From an uncultured Nitrososphaeraceae archaeon (lineage in GTDB: Archaea > Thermoproteota > Nitrososphaeria > Nitrososphaerales > Nitrososphaeraceae), in contig CAWGVG010000005.1 of assembly GCA_963825865.1 (NCBI GenBank), positions 76,039 to 140,038 of the forward strand: DNA of 64,000 nucleotides. Direction: 5' to 3'. Of this stretch, positions 59,629 to 64,000 are shown in pieces (position 1 is the first letter of the stretch; the number at the start of each line of letters is the position of its first letter). The position numbers and the translations under genes are program-made. Below the pieces are notes generated by a model. That model had not been told where the DNA came from, did not search any database, and worked only from the letters and a program-made list of their open reading frames with translations.

Positions 59629-59894
59629 GATACCTACTAATACATACATACTACAGTAAAAGAAAGACCGCGTTTGTTATGATATATATAATATATATAT
59701 TAAATGTATTTAAAATTGATTTCTCTGAGATATATAAGACTACCACAAAAATATGAATCTGGAATTATATCAACTCTCATATATCTAGGTAATGTATGTA
59801 TTTTCTTCTAATGGTCCTCTCTTTTTGAGAGCCACAAAGTAGTGAGAGAGGCATTATTATAATGATTACGATATATACAAATCTGTAGATAGAA

Positions 59895-60596
59895 ATGCCA
59901 AAAAATATCTCAGATACTAATAATAATTTTGATGCTATTAACTGGATCACAGTTGATGGTGAAAAACAAATTGCGACCTTGAATCTAATAAAAGGTAATA
60001 ATGTTTACGGAGAAAAGCTGGTCAAATATAATGGAGATGAATATAGAATTTGGGATCCCTTTAGAAGCAAACTAGCAGGTGCATTGAAAAAGGGACTTAA
60101 AAAACTGCCAATAATGAATGGAACTAAAGTTTTGTATCTTGGTGCATCGACTGGCACCACTGTAAGCCATGTTTCTGATATTGTTGGGACTAATGGGATT
60201 GTTTTTGCAGTGGAACCTGCAATAAGAGTAGCAAGAGAACTCATTGAAAACGTTGCGTCAAAACGAAAAAATGTAATGCCTATACTTGAAGATGCAAGAA
60301 AGCCGCAATCGTATTTTTCAATTTTTGGTAAGGTAGATGTGGTATATTGCGATATAGCGCAGCCAGATCAAACCGAGATTGCAATAGAAAATTGCTTTGT
60401 TTATCTTAAACCAAGAGGTGCAATACTGATAGTAATCAAAACAAGAAGCATTGATGTAACGATGGATCCCAAATCAGTGATAGTCCAAGAGGCAAAAAAA
60501 TTAGAAAAAAAAGGATTTTACATTGATCAAATAATTAACATGGAGCCCTTTGACAGAGACCATGGCTTGATATATGCGATTTATTCTAGAGCCTGA
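59895..60596 (+). CDS. flpA: Fibrillarin
   Basis: YRIWDPFRSKLA, VLYLGASTGTTVSHVSD, DIAQPDQ. Confidence 0.97.
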   Translation: MPKNISDTNNNFDAINWITVDGEKQIATLNLIKGNNVYGEKLVKYNGDEYRIWDPFRSKLAGALKKGLKKLPIMNGTKVLYLGASTGTTVSHVSDIVGTNGIVFAVEPAIRVARELIENVASKRKNVMPILEDARKPQSYFSIFGKVDVVYCDIAQPDQTEIAIENCFVYLKPRGAILIVIKTRSIDVTMDPKSVIVQEAKKLEKKGFYIDQIINMEPFDRDHGLIYAIYSRA

Positions 60597-61274
60597 TTAA
60601 TGTTGGTGTTACTATTATTATTATTATATTGAGTCACTTCTTCAAGCATTTTTTTTAGTGGGCTCCATGATTTTCTGGCAAAGTGTGGTGCACACTTGTA
60701 TTTTGATACCCATCCTCTGATAAAGAGCATTGTTTTCCAATCAGATGGGTATCCACTACCTATATTGTGATGAGTATTACGAATTTCTTGGATCTGTTTA
60801 TCCCTTACAATTTTGGCGATTATCGACACGGCAGATACCACTATATTCAAACTGTCTGCATGGTGCAAAGAATATAACTTTGGTTTTGATGATGATGATG
60901 ATGAAAGCACAAGACGGGATTCTATATAGTCTTTAAACCGACAAGGATTAACATCACAGGAATCAATATAGACCTTGTCAGCCTGAATATTGTTAATTAC
61001 ACTAGCCATAGTCTCTGCTTCCAGTTTATTTAGTCTGTTCAAAAATACGTTATTATCAACTATGGTACAATTAATTATGTAGATACAAAGAGAATCGGCC
61101 ATATCCATGACAAGCCTAAACAGATTGCCCGCGTGCTTTTGGAGTCAGCATTTTAGAATCTTTAACACCTATTTGGCGTAGTTTTGAAATTTTGGATTTT
61201 CTGATGCTGATGCCTGCAACGACCAACGGACCAATAATAGAGCCCCGTCCTGCCTCGTCAACCCCTGCTATCAA
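60581..61274 (-). CDS. rnhB: Ribonuclease HII (frameshifted)
   Basis: AGVDEAGRGSIIGP, VKDSK, HHAD..VSAVSIIAK..RD, GSGYPSD. Confidence 0.9.
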
Positions 61275-61537
61275 AATACCACTATTACTACTTCTAATAT
61301 ACTACTTCTAATACTACTATCGCTTATCTGCTGAACCAACTGTATATTATCCTGTTCTTAGGTTATTATTATTAATGAAGTTTATTTATCTCTCTTTGCA
61401 GTAGTAGTTACTATTAATTATGTTAAAGCAAGAATGAGGGAGAGAAGGAGAAGGATAATAATTCCTATTCAAGTTGAGCATTAGTAATAATATAATATAC
61501 ACTTTCAACAATCGTACATAGAGTTATTATTATTATT

Positions 61538-62796
61538 ATGTTGACAAAAGAAGGAGAAGGAGAAATAGTCGAAACCATTGAAGGAAAGACAAGGTTATTA
61601 GTCCCAGCTGTATCTTTAATTGGGAAGGTTCCGCCAAAAGTTCCGGCTTTCTTTAATCCAGCAGCTAAATTAAATCGAGATATCTCCATAGTTGCCTATA
61701 GAGCGTTTATGCAAGATTTAAAAAAAAGCAAGAAAACTCTTGCAGATTCGTTTAGCGGAATTGGTGCACGGGCGCTAAGGGTAGCAGTCGAGGCTCCAGA
61801 AATAGAAGAGATACACATGAATGACATAAACCCTATTGCAATAGATTTATCAAAAAAGGCAGCTGAATTAAATTCTGTCACAGAAAAGTGCAATTTTTCT
61901 ATCAACGAGGTTTGTAAGTTTCTAACTGCTCGTCCAACAAAAGAAAATGGAGCAGAGAGGTTTGGAATAGTTGACTTGGTATCCATTTGGAAGTCCTTCG
62001 CAGTATATTGATTGTGTACTTAGAGCAGTCCTTGATAGGGGATTAATATCTATCACTGCAACAGACACAGCTGTGTTATGTGGAGTATATCGTGATGTTT
62101 GTTTCCGAAATATTATGGAAGACCCATTAACAACCATTATGCTAATGAAACAGCTCTTCGTCTTATGACATCTTTAATAGCGTTGACTGCATCCAGGTTA
62201 GACTTGGCTATACATCCATTATTTGCTCATGCCAATTTACACTATCTCAGAGTATATATCGAAGTTTCATTAAGCAGTAGCCAAGCAAACAAGGTGTATG
62301 ATAACATCGGATACCTTCGGCACTGTTTTAGATGTGGAAACAGGAATGTCATAATGGAATATGATAAGTCAGAAGTTTGTGAACTCTGTGGAAATGGTTT
62401 TAGTTTGGGGGGAAAGGTGGATCAGCAAGTTATTTGACAAGAATTTTATAAAGAAAATGTCAAGCTATTATCATAATGATGATGAACTGAAAACTACTAG
62501 TAGTAATAGTAGTAATACTAATAATGACACTAAGGAAAATATTGAACTATACAATAATAACAATAAGAATGATATAATAAAAAAAATTAGCAATCTGCTT
62601 AAATGAAATCGACGATATTCCTCATTATTTCCGAGCTGATGAAATTTCATCTAAATTAAAAAAAAGTCCTCTACCATTACAAAATATTATTGAAAAGTTG
62701 TCGACAGCAGGTTATAGAGCTTCAAAAACTAGTCTGAACACTAGCGCATTTAAAACAGATGCAAGAATTGACCAGATTTCAAGCCTTCTCAGATAA
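61538..62796 (+). CDS. trm1: tRNA (guanine26-N2) dimethyltransferase (several frameshifts)
   Basis: FFNP..KLNRDIS, SGIGARALR, (D)PFGSP, TATDTAVL, CFRC..CELC, FKTDA. Confidence 0.9.
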
Positions 62797-62969
62797 CGAC
62801 GGTATGTTATAAAAATTTTCAACCATCCAATTCTATTTTAGAACTTGATTATTATTTATTATTAATAATAATAGAGGTTGACAAAAAAGAAAAGCATAAG
62901 ATTAATAATAATAATGATGAGGCAACTAGTGAATTCAAAATTATTTATTTACTTACTTTTTCTTCTTCT

Positions 62970-63550
62970 ATAAATTAATATTGATAGTTTTGTTTGAATA
63001 GCTCTTGTATGATATCATATGTTCATTTTCTTACAAGTATATGCCTCTCCCCACTTTCATATGTATTTTCAAATTCTATTTTGAAATAAAACAATCTAAG
63101 AAATTCTACTATTGGTGCATAGAAATTGGTATCACCAGGAAGATTGTGTATTTCTATTAAAAGAGCAATATCTTTGCTTTTAGATAATATGCTAGTAGCT
63201 CCTTTTAATACTTCAAATTCAGCTCCCTCAACATCTATTTTAATCCAGTTAATATCTGCATGCTTATTCCACTTTGTTGTTGTTGTAATAATAGATTATA
63301 TAATGTGTTAGCATTTACTGTTACGAACTTATCTTCTTCAGCTCTTGCTCTGCCAACCATCACAGTATTATTGATAGTATAACCATTTTCTTCAGCTGGC
63401 AGATTTATTTTTGTTTCTTTAGAATAATACGCAGAGTTAAAGTGGTGTAATACAATATTGTTATGTTACCAGTTGTTAGTAACATATATATCCATCATTC
63501 TAATTTCCCTTCTGTCAGCGGCTTATTGGAACCTGGTCCTTTCTACTTTG
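62970..63550 (-). pseudogene. FkbM-family methyltransferase remnant (boundaries approximate)
   Basis: INWIKIDVEGAEFEVLKGA...LIEIH; stops, and no intact 5' end. Confidence 0.7.
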
Positions 63551-63580
63551 AGTTTATTAAATATGTCTGCTTGTAAAGCG

Positions 63581-64000
63581 TCATGCGATTGATTCATTCT
63601 TTATCACATCCCTTCCTTCCCTTGCACCAATTAGTATTATCTGTGCATTCTGATAGTCTATAAATTTTGTATCTTTATTAGTAAGGGACACGAAATTCTC
63701 AGTCTTATTGAATTCCTTTAGCACTTCCTCTGGATATTTTGGAGGCTCCTCTGTACTGGGTAGACCTGATGGTGATGTCGATGGTCTTGGTGCTTTGGAA
63801 TTGATAACTGAAATCACATAGCCTGCTTTCTTTTCGATACCTAATTCTTTTTGGGCTTCCCCAGGTTCTTTTGGCATTTCTAAAATATATGCAAGTTCTG
63901 CATGGTTTTGGTGTTTTACTATGGCATACTTGCCTTCCATTACAGGTCTTCCTGCATCATCGCCTTTTCTAAATTCATCTGACAAGTCTTTTTGTAAGAT
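63581..64000 (-). CDS. Hypothetical protein, 3' part (starts beyond the window)
   Basis: Frame of ORF 63581-63985 appears open to the window edge. Confidence 0.7.
   Translation of the reverse strand: MLQKDLSDEFRKGDDAGRPVMEGKYAIVKHQNHAELAYILEMPKEPGEAQKELGIEKKAGYVISVINSKAPRPSTSPSGLPSTEEPPKYPEEVLKEFNKTENFVSLTNKDTKFIDYQNAQIILIGAREGRDVIKNESIA

Overview
Chromosomal window from an ammonia-oxidising archaeon (Nitrososphaerota, most like soil Nitrososphaeraceae). This rests on intron-containing archaeal tRNAs, Nop5/fibrillarin, TiaS, Trm1, an ESCRT-III (CdvB) paralogue, a Rieske/cytochrome b/cupredoxin cluster and typical thaumarchaeal hypotheticals. Many conserved genes carry 1-2 nt frameshifts, most likely long-read consensus errors, and many of these sit at GATC/AGCT/GTAC. 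The left end is an integrated element (tyrosine integrase, HTH-fused Topo VI-A/Mini-A-like protein) next to the 3' end of tRNA-Gly. All four tRNA genes have two introns. There are five IS elements or remnants, including an inverted IS5-type pair flanking cdvB and a TnpB-only IS200/IS605 element. The strongest novelty candidate is a structured ~125-nt leader upstream of the ilvB-ilvH-leuA-leuB operon encoding a short peptide ending in VVLLVLLL, which looks like an archaeal ribosome-sensing Val/Leu attenuator. A second candidate is a cluster of ORB-like TTCCATTGGAAA boxes at ~52.1 kb, a possible replication origin with no adjacent orc1/cdc6. All calls come from reading the sequence; no database searches were run.
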